This document shows, piece by piece, positions 39,848 to 53,642 of a DNA stretch of 64,000 nt. The stretch is from the NCBI GenBank assembly GCA_051362555.1, contig CM120646.1, forward strand, positions 12,462,001 to 12,526,000, in the 5' to 3' direction. Under the pieces are notes generated by a model. It was not told the DNA's origin. It saw only the letters and a program-made list of their open reading frames with translations, and ran no database searches. The stretch comes from Lingula anatina (lineage: Eukaryota > Animalia > Brachiopoda). The number at the start of each line of letters is the position of its first letter. The first letter of the stretch is position 1. Position numbers and translations under genes: made by a program.

Positions 39848-40218
39848 CGGTCTTAATCGGGGACTGACTGACTGTTGCTATTATTTACTCACCGACTCAG
39901 GTTAAATGTACTTACCATTTTGCAATAATTGACCTCCGTTAAATAAAGTGACAACTTTTTAATATCCTGACGTATATTGGTCATGCGGTTAAAAATTAGT
40001 TTTAAAATTAGTTTTATTTCATGTCAGATATATCATGTCCGATATATAATCTTCCTCCAGGTACAGTGTACACGTCACATGTACGTATCAGTGGTTAGAA
40101 AGAGGAGCCTGTTGATTTTGCAACTTTCCATCGTTTATTTTCTAAAATCTAAAGTTGCTAAGTATAGTCTAGGCAAACAATTTGGTCTGGTTGTGCCTTA
40201 TACATGTAATACCCACGT

Positions 40219-40254
<36 letters not shown>

Positions 40255-40744
40255 TTCCTCAGGACTTGAGCAGGTTTCTATGGGCACAAAAATGCTACAG
40301 TTTACGGTAAAAGTAAAAAGTCAGTTCTTCCATTTTGGTGCAATAACTTTAAAGAAACTAGAGTAAGTGCGGGACAGCTTTACCATTACAATGTAACTGC
40401 ATAATCTATATAATAAATGAAAATAAAATCAAAAACTTTTAAATTAGAATTTGTTGCTAAAGAAAGTGGAACAAGCATGATCAGATCAAATACCTAAAGA
40501 ACATGTCCCCTGACAGTAATCATCATCATTTTCATATATCATTAACAATATTAAATCATGAAGAATTGGCAAAAATATTAATAACACCTTCAATTCTTCA
40601 GGAATCATTGGCTATAGGTTCTCCAGTTAAATGAACACAATCAAAAGAGGTATTAACAAACAGTGCTTGCTCGCTGCCAGAAATGTGTTCTTTCAGTCAC
40701 ACCTAACACATTCATTGCTCTTCACATTCGTTACAGTAAATCAT

Positions 40745-42489
40745 TCAGCTTTCTGGAGGTTTGAAGAGTGCAGTCTGATAATACTGTAATTCCTTTATGC
40801 TCTCTCTTATATCATCCATGGCTCTGAAATAAAACGAATTAAAAAACATAATTAAACCGTACTATAATTGAATGATTTATAGCAGAATTGTATAAATAAA
40901 TACATAAAGAAAGACGTTTATTATGCAAACAAGGGCTACATGTACATGTACGTATAAAAGCCATGATCAACTATCGTTGTATTACCGTCAAATAAAGAAA
41001 AATCCACCAACTTCTGTACAATGTACATGTTGAGCAATTGCAAAGAATGCACATAAAGTAGAAAACCCCACTGCTTTATTTGCAATCACCAACTCTGAGG
41101 CACCCATTCCAATAATTTTTACAAAAACCAATACATTTTTAAGCGTTGTAACCCGAATACTCCAAAAAATAAAATAAATAAATAAAATAAAAAAAAAACA
41201 GCCCCCATTCCGATAACATTCCCATAACATTATGTTAGTACTGTATTTTACCTGCTTTACTTACCTATGAGTCCTTGCTTTAGGAGGGGCTTTCTTTAAG
41301 TCAGTTGGGTACCACCTCCTGAAATACAGGTATATCAGGACAAATTAGTATAGTTTTGGGTAACATCACTGACCAGAAAATGTGTGATGAACCAATACTG
41401 ACTATTAAGCTACTAGTACTAGCGAACAATGTACTCACAGGTCTAACACTGAAGTCTACCTGTATTTAATACTCTATATTTCCTATTATACATGTATATT
41501 AAACTGACGATCAAGCCAAAGGGTTGAAAGTTTATAAAAATAAAACAAGAAATAATGAATTCACTACAACTGGAAAACTTTATGTTCATATCGAGCAATA
41601 AATATTTTCAATAAAATATAAGAATGCTTATTTAAACAAAGAGAGCCAATAATCAACTATATTTTGAACAAGAAAACTGTGGATTGTGAACCCAAAACCC
41701 ACCTGCAGAGCTCCTTGATGGTGCTGACATCTATAATTCTGTAATGCAAGTGCCCCATGAAATCAGGCATGTACTTATCCAGGAACTTTTTGTCAGCATG
41801 TATGGAGTTCCCTGTAAAAAGCAACATATTATAACAACATGTACATTCAGTTGCCAGACTTTCCTTATGAAGACTTCCTATAAGGTACTGTCCTAGATAG
41901 GAGTCCTATAGGACTATCAAGTCCTATCAAGTCACATATAGCCCTATATTGGATGACCTATAGGATACTTTTGTAAGGATGAAGTTTCTATGTTTATATG
42001 TTTGCCCAGTAAGTGCCATAACTTTAAAGAAACTAGAATAAGTGTGGGACAAATTTACCATAATGATTACAATGTAACTGCTTAATCTAAATAATATATG
42101 AAAATAAAATCAAAAACTTTAATTGTTGAAAATTTGAATATACACTGTATCTTACTCCATACATGTAGAAGAGACCGAGGTCATTGGGCACAATTTCTGC
42201 ACAGTTTTGCTGCATAAATTGACAATCTTGAACATAAGCACAACTCAACTTCAGTCATGTTTAAAATTATTTTATATTGACCACAGTCAATAATAGTTAC
42301 TACTGTGCCCATGTTGGCCACTCACCAGCCAGTGGGCAGCTTCCAGCAGGGGTGTGATCTTGAACAAAAGCCAGAACCTCTTTCTCAGCCTGCTGAAGAG
42401 ATATTTGGCTGTCTTTCACTGCTTGGGTTAGACCTGACTGTAAAAGATATACTTGTTTAGAAACTATCATCAGGCAAAAACATTTGAAA

Positions 42490-42545
<56 letters not shown>

Positions 42546-43894
42546 TTAGTCTAGTAATTATACAGAATCTCTTCATTTTGCTCAACTAACCCTCACAGCT
42601 TAGGTAGCAAGTTCATATTGTTGTATGAACTGATTGAAGAACATGGGAGACAACGTAAAAAGGAAAGATGAAATGGATGGAGACAGTGAGAGGGGGAAAT
42701 GAATGTTTGGTGAAAGTAAAGATAATTTAATGGTGAATCTCAGCTTTACCTTTCCATGGTGTTCTTTGCACCAGTCATTCATGTTGTCCATTATGTGATC
42801 AGGCTGATGAATGATAAGATTTGGACCCTGCAATAACATATGATCCAATCAGTGTTAAAAACAAAACTGGACTCGCTAACCCAAGCCCATTAACATTTTT
42901 ACTCAGGCTCCAAGAAAATACTGGAGTCCACAACTTTTTTTACCAAAATAAGCAAACATTGGATTTAATATAGGCCCCTATTGTACATTTATGTACACAT
43001 TTTGAAATGTGAGTTAATTACTAAGAATCTAAAGCCTAAAGAAATGGTCCACTTACCATGAAATGCTGTTGTGCACGAGTAACCGAAAAATATAGCAAAA
43101 ATTGTTATTTCAAACATGAAATGTTTAATTTTAGAAATGTGTGAGTCAGCAAATAGTGTAGAATTTTAAGTAATTGGAAGTGGTTCAACAGTGTTATGAT
43201 TTACCTTTGCCACAACGTTAAGTTTTCCATCTGTAACTAGACAAGCAATCTCAATGATGTGGTCAGTATCAACGTCTAGTCCTGTCATCTGAAAATACAG
43301 ACACATAACTTAGTGTGGATATTCTTAAATGCCTCAAGAGTTTGTAACAGAGGGTGGAATGAGGCCTTACCTGCAGTATGTACATGTACAGGCCTAGCAA
43401 GTCTAACCCCATATCTAGCCACTGTCAACTGCTTCCTCGACAGAAGTGTAGTCATCCAAGTCCATTATCTTTTACCTTAGTATACATGTACATGTACACT
43501 GTGTATGTATGGGATGTATGTCATCTTCATATCATCAATAAAAGAACAAAGAAATCAAATCAATACCATAAAACATGGAAAACCAAAAATATTGAAAATA
43601 GGAAGATACAGGTAGAAAGAGAAAACCGTCGTTAACAGAGAAATTTCAGTAACAAATACAACACAACATGTACATGGCCACTACATGTACATTTAATGCA
43701 TCATGCTCTCGCTGGTACTAGAGTAGCAGTAATATTAATCTTACCTCACAATCCACCCAAACTATCCTATCATGTCCCTTTGTGGTGTCATCATTCAGCT
43801 TAGCTTTTTTGACTTCAGACATGACTCCACACACTTGCCCAACCAAAGGTTTAAAACAAATCCCTCGCGGTATAATACGACGCAGAGCGTACAT
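40745..43894 (-). CDS. REXO2: Oligoribonuclease (DEDDh exonuclease), 7 exons, 221 aa
   Basis: Exons 43745-43894, 43205-43288, 42750-42827, 42326-42437, 41703-41811, 41265-41318, 40745-40823 (666 nt). Motifs [82 protein letters not shown]. Confidence 0.95.
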
Positions 43895-44750
43895 GTGCAC
43901 AGCGTTGAGAGGGGGTCGACACTTTTAGGGAGCGGCGGATGTTGATTAAAATTAGCCTAATCAATTATACATTGAGGGTTTACCGTAAAACCTTAAAATA
44001 TGACGATTCTGTATCAAACGTACAAACTGTTCCATATCATTCAATACTGCAGGTTAATTAATGTAAACGTAAATTGCATGTTTTTCATCCCCGTTACACA
44101 CCTGCTCCCGACCCCTTACAGTAATTGACCCTGAAGTAAAAGGGCTCGGCGTGTTTACCGATATTATAGCAATAAGTGTCAAGAAAGTCTTAACCGATAC
44201 CTGAAGAGGTGTTCTCCTAAGTAGGGAGCTCTAGTGCTCTCCAACTAATTGAGGATTCTAATTTAACACTAACGGAAAGTTATGCGACAAAGATATATGG
44301 GAAAGATTACAGGAGGCTTGGACATATTACATGATCCTTGAAGAACCCCATCCCTTGGTATCTGTTCTTCTTCGTCCTTCATGAACCGAGGTCATTATAG
44401 GCCTATAGGCTACTCGTTGAATCGGGATTTTTAATTCGGATTTCCTGCATTTTAAATGAGATGTAGGCTAAATAGGCTTATAAAGATTTATTTACTGTGA
44501 TATGTGAATTATTAGTTTTGTTTTTTATGAAATGTGCGTGATGACTACCCCCCCCCCCCCCCCCACCAAACACACTCAAACACACGTGTACACACACACA
44601 CACATACCTTTTGGGATATATGGCCTCCCCCCTCCTCCCTACAAGACAAGTCTCGGACAAGGGAAAAGAAAAAGATTCTAAAAACTTATCTAAAATAAGT
44701 AGGGGCCTAATAGAATTAATTCTAGAGATTCGTATTTACTGCCTCACATA

Positions 44751-45160
44751 GGGTAGACCGGGGCTAAACGCCCAGTCGGGGTCAAACGCCCACCCGCTTT
44801 TTTTCAGGTATTACGTATAAATACGCGTCTCGTGATGTTTTTTCCACTTCCTATTTCCAGCAGACTTATCCTCCATGACGGAGATGACCACAAACTAAAA
44901 AATAAGCATTTTATGATAATTTGTTCATTTTTGCCTTGTTTACTGTTATTTAGCCTTTTCCATAACATCAGTGACACCACCTACCAAATGCACGAATTCA
45001 AAAAACTTTGTTGGTGACAGATAGGATGGTATCAGACCTCCATACAAGTTTCGATGAAGTCAGATTGTATAAAACTTTTCCCGCCGAATTTTGAAAAAAA
45101 TATACAAAATCTCACTTTGGGGCAAAACGCCCATGCTGATATGGGGCAAAACGCCTATAG
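44751..45160. mobile_element. End of a DNA transposon with GGGG(C/T)AAACGCCC subterminal repeats
   Basis: TA|GGGTAGACCGGGGCTAAACGCCC..GGGGTCAAACGCCC, with two more copies at 45119-45155. No clear opposite TIR was found. Confidence 0.4.
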
Positions 45161-46138
45161 TACATTCTTTTTGATAAGAGATCAATCTTCAGGATTCAGC
45201 GACTTTATTATTTAACATTTATACACATGTCATTTCAATACGGGTAGCGTCATACTAGTACCAAGGCCTAATTGTGATATTGGGGTAAAATTGATTAATC
45301 GGTTTTCCCAAAATTCTCCCTTACCTGTACACCCTCGAACAAAGTTTTGAGGCCAGTTTAATGACACCATTTAGTACCCCAAACGATTTTTCTTAAAAGC
45401 CTTAGTTCAGATTTTATCGTTGATAAAACAAAATAATGCCTTATACACTGTACTGTATATGTGACACGCATTAAAAGCGAGACGGTTTGACCAAAGTGTT
45501 ATATAACACTGGCTATATATAACCATTAGGCTACAACACATGTTGAATCTTGTGCGGTGTTGAGACAAGTTAACAGCGGTGACCTCTAATGGTGAGATAC
45601 AATGCGTAGAATACTTACACACATGCATACGTAGTAAGTTAGTTTATTTATCATAGTCCAAGCAAGCCTATCCTGATGGCAGCTACATGTACATGTAAAT
45701 ACGAATTCACGCCGAAGATAGCAGCACAGGTGAGGAGTATAGAAATGTATCATCCCCGCAGTGCAACGGGTCGGTAGGCGTTAAGTACTACGCTAAGTTT
45801 ATTATCGGCGGTATTTCAAAGCCTAGACAGTTTTAAATTTTATTATTGTGAAGTTTTGTTTCAAAGGAAAACATAAAATTCACGTGGGTAAGCCTACTAG
45901 TAGGATTATATCGGTTACTTAACCGATGGCCAGCTGCATCAAACAATGCGGTCAGGCTAGAATTATTAATGCTGTGCCCAAGGGTTCAAAAGGTTAACTT
46001 TTAGGGGAAGTTTATCTCCACTGGTGTTTACAGGTAGTGTAAACCCACACAGGCGCACCTGTTAGTAAATAATCTGTCACAACAGCGACTATTTTCACTT
46101 TGTTCTTCTTGTGGACTGCACGCTACTCACCCAATTAA

Positions 46139-46412
46139 AGGGATAATAACTCTTCGTATGAGATCTATATTTCACAATAAGTACATTGTAAACAACTCAT
46201 AGAAATATAATATATTCTGTTTTACCACAAAAACGGCAGTTATAGCTATTATTCTGATATCTGAGCTTGTCATCAGACCACGTGACCTCCATAGGTGTCT
46301 ATACTAACTTTAACTGTAGAAATGGATTCGTAAACCATTGGTAAGTATGGGAAATTGTTGTTTACTCCGGGAAAATTATTTTTTTGGCCAAAAACGAAAA
46401 GTTATTATCCCT
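46139..46412. mobile_element. TTAA-targeting MITE (Kolobok-type AGG..CCT termini) upstream of SORD-C
   Basis: TTAA|AGGGATAATAACTCTTCGT...ACGAAAAGTTATTATCCCT|TTAA. Related internal sequence is found decayed at about 32900-32990 and 39180-39260. Confidence 0.75.
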
Positions 46413-46550
46413 TTAAATGAATGAATAAAGTTTAATAGTGTGAAGAACATAAATGAACAAAATACCTCAATTAGAAACAGTGCGCTTCTTTATCTCTACA
46501 GTGTAAGTTTGCAGACAACCGAGTGTAACTGGAACATTCAGTGATTGAAA

Positions 46551-49500
46551 ATGTCGAATTCCAAGATGCAGCTTGCAGCAGTCATTTACGGGAAGGATGA
46601 TTTGCGAATAGTGAGTTTTATATATATGAATTTTGATATAAAACGTACTGTTAGACTTTGCAATGTTCGTGATATTGCGAGGGATTTGATTTGAATTTAA
46701 GTTTGATACATCAGAGATCGATACATCTTAAAATATGTGTACGCACGTCTGTATTAATGTATTTTTTATTGAAGCATTCACATATTTATGAGAATGTTTA
46801 TTTGGATATTTAGGAGAATACAAATGATTGATTAATAATCTGTATTAGTATTCTTATTTAATTTATTGTCTTTCTGGATGACTGTGTATTAATCAAATAA
46901 TTATCAAAATAGGAAGAAAGACCAGTCCCATTGCCAGGGAAAGGAGGTAAATTCTAACTTTGATACTTTTAGTGCTCGATTCACATTTGCATTTGAAATT
47001 GTTTAACTTTGACGTTACAAAATGCCAATTTGGATATGTTTGTGTTAACTGTGAACAAATTTGTTCTTTACACTAAACTTATATATACCCTGGTAATTGC
47101 TATCACTTTCATTTCCCCATGATTCATAATTTACAAATATGCATTTCAATTGTCACGTTAAGAGGTACAGATCGCCGTTGCCTGCGTTGGGATTTGTGGG
47201 TCGGATGTTCATTTCTTGCAAGAGGGCGCTTGTGGAACGTTCGTGATCGAGGAGCCTTTCATCTTGGGTCACGAGTTCAGTGGAACAGTGACATCTATCG
47301 GAGAGGGAGTAACAAGCCTGAAAATTGGTAAAAGCAAACACATGACACTAGTTAGCTACCCGGTATGTCTTTGTTCACAGTTAGATTTATCGATTTCATG
47401 AATTTTTATGGCCACTCCCTTGCAGCTACGGGTTTACCATTTTTGCTGATACATTTTAAGATAACTTTTTCGAATCACTTTACATTTCAGAGTTCTTTCA
47501 TTGTTAGCTAATTAACCGTCAGAATTATGAAGTTACTGATTTTATTTATTTTAGTCCCCTAAAATTAATTTCAGATCGGGTATTTCAGATCGAGTTTAGA
47601 TTATTTTATTGACTAAACCATCTATTTTGATGCATCCTAACAGTGTCCTCATCGGATTTTCCCTCTCCGATGTCCATGAAAGATAAACTTACCTCATCTA
47701 TTCATTTTCAAACATCCAGGTGACAGAGTGGCAACAGAGCCACTGGTTCCATGCCGAAAATGCGATTTATGTCTTACTGGTCGTTGCAACATTTGTCGCA
47801 ACAAAGTTTGTTTCTGTGGAACTCCAGGATTCGACGGAGGGCTTCGAGCGATTTGCTGTCACCCGGCCAATTTCTGCCACAGGTAATAACTACAATGCAA
47901 AGGCATATACAGTCTAGTCTTTGGTAGCCGTTACCTGAAAATTGAAGTGCTGCATGTACGCAAAGGCAAAATATGCTACTGGTATACAGGGTACAACATT
48001 TTGAATATCATTGCAACCCTGTTAGATTTTAAACTTTTTCATGTGCATACCATTTCACGTTTAAGACTCCCAGACAGCTTAACCTTGGAAGAAGGGACGC
48101 GGATGTTATTGGAACCTCTGGCAGTCGGTGTTCATGGTTGTGAGCGTGCAGGCATTAAGCCTGGCTCTAGCGTTCTTGTAACAGGCGCTGGTAAGTATTC
48201 ATGCTTGTGAGCGTGTTAATAAGTAATTCCTTCAAATTTTCACAGGTGCCATTAAGTGTTTATGTTGTTTGGCGTCGACTTTGTCCATACAGCGGCGATA
48301 GTGTTCATGTTCATATGTAAGCGTGTAGAATACATTCAAGTTGTCTCTTAATTGTTTGCGTATACCAGGAATGGTAGGCATTACAGAATGATGAATTTAT
48401 GTAAATACAGTCTAAAAAAGACGGCTTATAGCAAGTATACGTCGCTGAAATGTTTTTCATGAAGACTTATACATAATGGAATTTTTTTTGGAAGGGGCTG
48501 AGTGTATCAGTGGTGGAAAAGAACAAACAAACAAACAAAAACATGGGATGCAAACTGTGTCTAATTTCAAATCTGTAATGAACTCTAGCTCTCTTGACGG
48601 CACAGTCTGACTGTTATACCTGTTATACAGTCTGCATGTCCACACTTTATGGTCCAGGTGGCAATTTTCATTAACCTCCAATAGACATCACTTTGTCGGT
48701 CTGTGTGAAAAATAAGCTATCATCATGACCTATTTTAATTTACTAAGTTTAAGTATGTGTGTAAGTCATTGCCTTTTTAGAATTTTTAAAAAATTTTTTT
48801 TAGAAAATGCCTTTTGTCACAACCATTATGCGAATGTTTATTTTGTGGTAGGCCCTATTGGGATAGCAACGCTTCTCACCGCTAAAGCATCAGGCGCAAC
48901 GAAAGTCTGCATTACAGGTTAGTATTAATTTTACTCTCTCTCTCGTAATTGAATTTTCAAATCCTTTTTTAACTCATCAAGCATGTAAAGCTATACGTCT
49001 TGTATTTGTGTGTACAGATATTCTCCAGGAGCGCCTTGATTTTGCTAAATCACTGGGGGCAACTCACACCCTCCTTGTCAAGGCTAGCGACGACCCCCAA
49101 ACCGTTGCCTCCAAAGTAAAAGATTTAATGGAGTGCGAGGCCGAAGCTTCCATTGAGTGCAGTGGTTCCGAGGAAGCCCTGTCTGTGGCCATTTTGGTAA
49201 CTTTTTCTTTCAAGACACGCAAACGAATTATTAGTTTTGAGTGGGTACACGTTAATGACATTGTCGTTATTCTACGTGTATTTCTGTCAGTTCATGGTCA
49301 GTGTCAGGCCCACATTTCCCTAAAAATTTCTTTATAATATCTATAGATTTTCCTTGGCGTTGACTGTCGCAACTACATGTAACCGATCTTATTGTTATCA
49401 CTGTGCATTCAAATTTTGTTTGATCTGCACTGCAGTTTTTCTTGTTTTAGGCTACCAAGCCAGGTAAAGTTGTGGCAGTAGTGGGAATTGGAAATATAAA

Positions 49501-49660
49501 CCAAACCATCCCGGCATTCCATGCGCTCCTTAATGAAATTGACATACATTTTAGTTTCACCTTCAGAAAGAGGTAAGTTCTTTTCTTTTAGTTCGATAAA
49601 ACAGATATGAAAATATCACCGTAGCTTACTTTTTTTTGTCATTCGGATGTGGTTCATTCG

Positions 49661-49741
<81 letters not shown>

Positions 49742-49895
49742 CAGCCATGAAATTGCAATTGAATTAGTGGCCTCTGGCAAAGTGAACATCAAGCCGCTGG
49801 TCACTCATCGATTTAAACTGGACAAAGCTGTAGAAGCGTTCGAGTGCGCCAGGAATAGACAAGGAATGAAGGTGGTCATCACATGTAACGACTAA
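46551..49895 (+). CDS. SORD: Sorbitol dehydrogenase-like, copy C (inverted), 9 exons, 354 aa
   Basis: Exons 46551-46610, 46913-46946, 47163-47327, 47720-47882, 48066-48190, 48852-48917, 49018-49196, 49451-49572, 49745-49895 (1065 nt, open). Has a 2-aa in-frame insertion in exon 5 (EEG-TR-MLLEP). Confidence 0.9.
49667..49738. repeat. (CA)n(TA)n microsatellite. Others: 3866-3904 poly-A, 8641-8697, 14986-15038, 25681-25727, 27035-27073, 28826-28874, 42493-42543, 53575-53641
   Basis: Directly visible simple repeats. Confidence 0.9.
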
Positions 49896-50704
49896 CAGCT
49901 GTAACAGAAGACAAGACCATGTAGACAGAAAACAAAAACCAGAGAAGTGTTTTAAAAGTGTATTTGTTTGACAAGACAGTTTGCTTACAAATATACGTTG
50001 AGCTTAGATAGGCTTAACAAATGTACAAAACTGTATGTTTAATAAGTAAAGGGACGATTTGTATAACGAATTTCATAGCATATTGCTTAAAATTGATCAG
50101 CATAACTTTGTATGTCGCCATTGTTTAAATCTATTTTTTTTATTGGAATATAATTTGCTTATACATGTATCTGTTAGAAAAACCCAGGAATAATCAACAA
50201 GAATGATGAAACGGGTTTGCTTTTTATTTTGCAATTTTGCCCTTTTGGGTATGAATATAAAACATATAAATAGGCCTAGAGCATGATAAGATCGTATTAG
50301 TTGTTTAAACTTTTCTCATTAATTCCAAAACCACGTGGTGACGAGCTATAAAAATTGATGTGCAGTGACGCCATAACAAAACATTAAGGAAAAACATTGA
50401 GCATTTATTAAAAAATAATAACGATAATAAAAGCAGGTTAGTGCAGATGGTACTGTGCAGGCTTTGGTTCGTCATATGTCCAGACAGTCCGCTTTGAAAT
50501 ATTTTGGCAGTATAGGTAATACTGCACATATCCTTGGATCATACATACCCTTTTACCCCATCCCAAAGTTGTCAGAAGTCTGTGGAGGCCATCCGGAAGC
50601 AGTGGTGCAACTCGCAAGAACACATCAAGTCTAGTTTACTTCAAGCGCTTGATGGGCATAGTGTGCGATGTGTTTATTCCAGTTCTCGTCGATTAATTCA
50701 ATCA

Positions 50705-53575
50705 TCATTCCAAAATTTTACCCACAACAGAAATTGGCACATTTAACAGCAGATAACCATCCTGATTAGGCTTGTTCAAATCTTCGTTATTGTCATCATT
50801 TGACGGTGGTCCTGTCTCGTCTTGTCGCAAAGTGTCTGACCAGATATTCCACTCTTCCCTCGGTGGACCAGGGAAGTTGCTCAATTCTTTCTCCGCTCTC
50901 CCTACATAACCTTTAAACTTGTCGAGGTGAGTGTCATTCAAGCGACCACTGATAGCGGCAGTTCCTGGTGATCTTACAGATGAGACATCAGATTTTGTGC
51001 ATGGAACATCCGCCCTGTTTTCTGTATCAGATGAGCGAGGCGTAGATACGAATTGCGAACTTCCGCGATACTGCGTATCCAGCAAAGACGTGATTTTTGG
51101 ATAACCCAAAATACCCCCATGCGTACAGTTTTGTGCTGTTTTGATAGGGGCGTTGTCTGCAACCAAAGGTATGTTTTGTTTTATGTATTCAGCCACCGTC
51201 AGTTTGTTTCGTTTCGGTCGTTTGCTGTCCGCTTTAGGCGCTGGTTCATGTTTGGCGTTGGTGGTGCTTTCGGTTGTGTAGATAGCAGTAGTATCCTCGG
51301 TCCCCAGGCAGTCTTTCTGTCGGAAGGATGATGAAGGTGTAGTGGTCTGCTGCTGGTCTTGTGCCACGGAGGCTTGGGATTCAGTCAAATCCTTTTCCTT
51401 TGCGCTATTCTCGTCATAACCTGGATGGTTATAGATTAAAAGTGGGAACATTATTTTGAAAAACGATACAAAATGTGCAGCCATTAATATACTCATATTG
51501 GTAACGAAGTATTATATATATGGAAAAAGAATGAATGAAAAGAAATTAGACTTCCAATGTCTACAAAATAAACTAAAAAATTAATGGAAAAATACATTTA
51601 TATAAGTAATGGAAAATATGCCGAATATACTGAACGATGGAATATGTTAGGTAATGTGTTTCAGTGACCTCCTTACATTGTGTTTATTTCCCACTGTATA
51701 TATGTTTATATATGTTTACGAAATGCTATATGATGATTGATATTACTGATATTATTGACAATATTTTGTATGTTTCCTTTGTATGCCTAATGATAATAAT
51801 AATAAAAAATAAAAATAATTAAAAAAAGTGGGAACATTCCCATAAATAAATGAATAAATAATATTTGGGATTGGATGTGTATAAGTGTTTGAGTAAATTA
51901 TTGCAAAAATGTTTTAAAAATAAAATATCTTCCGCGTCACGTCTTTTTCTGCAGTTAATTTAACAAGAGCCAGAATCGTGAATGCGGATAAGGATGTAGG
52001 AAAAAAAACTTTAAAAACGACCAGCCAGCACTTACTTTTTGGCAGTTTCGGTGTAATCTGCTCCCCAACATATTCCCATGTTAATCTAGGAATGGAAAGT
52101 TTGTCGTTCTCTGAATCATATTCTAACTTGTTACGTCTCCGTAGAGGTGCTGAGACGGCCCTCGTTCCCATGGCGGGAGAGGCATGTCCTGCAGAGGAAG
52201 TCATTAGGAGGTCAGAGTCAGGATAAGGCCGCAATTCGAACAGTGAGCTAACTAGTCCGCGAGTCAAATATGGCGACCCAATAAAAAAAACTTGCCGTCT
52301 TATCCGCTAATAGATATGAAAGGGTTCTCCGTGGGGAAGTATTCAAGTGGGAAGGACATATTTGACCCGCAAATTAGTTAGTCCACTGTTCCAGAACGCA
52401 AAAAAAAAAAATGTTTGCTCTAATTCAGTGTATTTCAAAATTGATTTTGGTATTCTCTCAAGTTTGAAAAAAAAATTATTCTCATTTGTGGATGTCTATA
52501 GCGTAATATATATTGCAACAACAATTATAATAATTATGGAAACTTATCATATACCGGTCTTGGCTGACACTTCATTTTTAGTAAACCCATTCTGTAAGCT
52601 GGCTAGCGATGAGAGATGATTCTGTAGCTCTTGGGGTAACCGAGCGAAGTCCCTCGCTTCTATTTTTTCTAGACATGAAAATTGAAATATATATTACTTC
52701 TGGTGCATTTATTTTTTTGTATTTTGTAATCAAGACAAACTTGCTTTCCACACTTTCTGCAGGGGCGGATGGAGACCGTCTTCTGTGTCCTCTGGAAGAC
52801 GGTCATATTTTAAAGTTTACATTGTCAGGTATCTATTTTTCTGTTGGAGGACTGTCAAAAATGGAGGATGGATCAACAAATATAATTTGGAAGACTGTCA
52901 GAAAACATCTCTGGACCCGCCTCTGTTCTGATAAGAAGTGAAACTTACGATAGGAAATAAAAAAGGCAAAGCCAAAATTGTCATTATTCTCTGCGGTATT
53001 TTTTATTTTTTTATCTTTGCTATTTGTTCATAGCCATGCGTATGTGCCCCTTTTTATTCATAGCAATGTGAAATATAAGGTTAAATTTCACACATTTCTG
53101 CACTCCAATATTTCATTTGCATTTTCCATATTTCTTACTGAGACCCCTGTGAGAGGGGTCGCGGGGTTTGGGTGGGTTAATATAAGGGGCACCGGTGATG
53201 TGATGTACTCCAAAAATGACGTAGTAACCCTCCTGGTGACGCATCGCAGTGGGTATGGGTGGCGGGGGTGGTGTGTCGCCATATGAAAGGGGGTAGGCCC
53301 ATGAGAGGGTTCTCTTAACCTTAAACTAGATAGTATTTATATGGGTACACCCTTTAGCTCCAGTACAACGACATTTTAGTATACCGGTAGTTTTCATTTT
53401 AAGGGATATACTGCTTTCGTCTCACCCGCTCTCTCGTCGTCTGCGAGGCCTTCTCCTCCGAGACATTTTAGTCTCTTTTCCCTGAGAGCTTCTAGCAATT
53501 CCCCAGGTGTATATAGATCCCCGCTTTGATTTAATTCGTCTCCTAAAAATAAAAATAAATAATTAAACAAACAAA

Positions 53576-53642
<67 letters not shown>

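Noticed and set aside
52700-53330. GC-richer segments that might be extra NB-ARC exons (for example VKRTLSWAY)
   Set aside because: No phase-compatible strong splice sites, and stops on the minus strand. Left unannotated, although alternative or decayed exons cannot be excluded.
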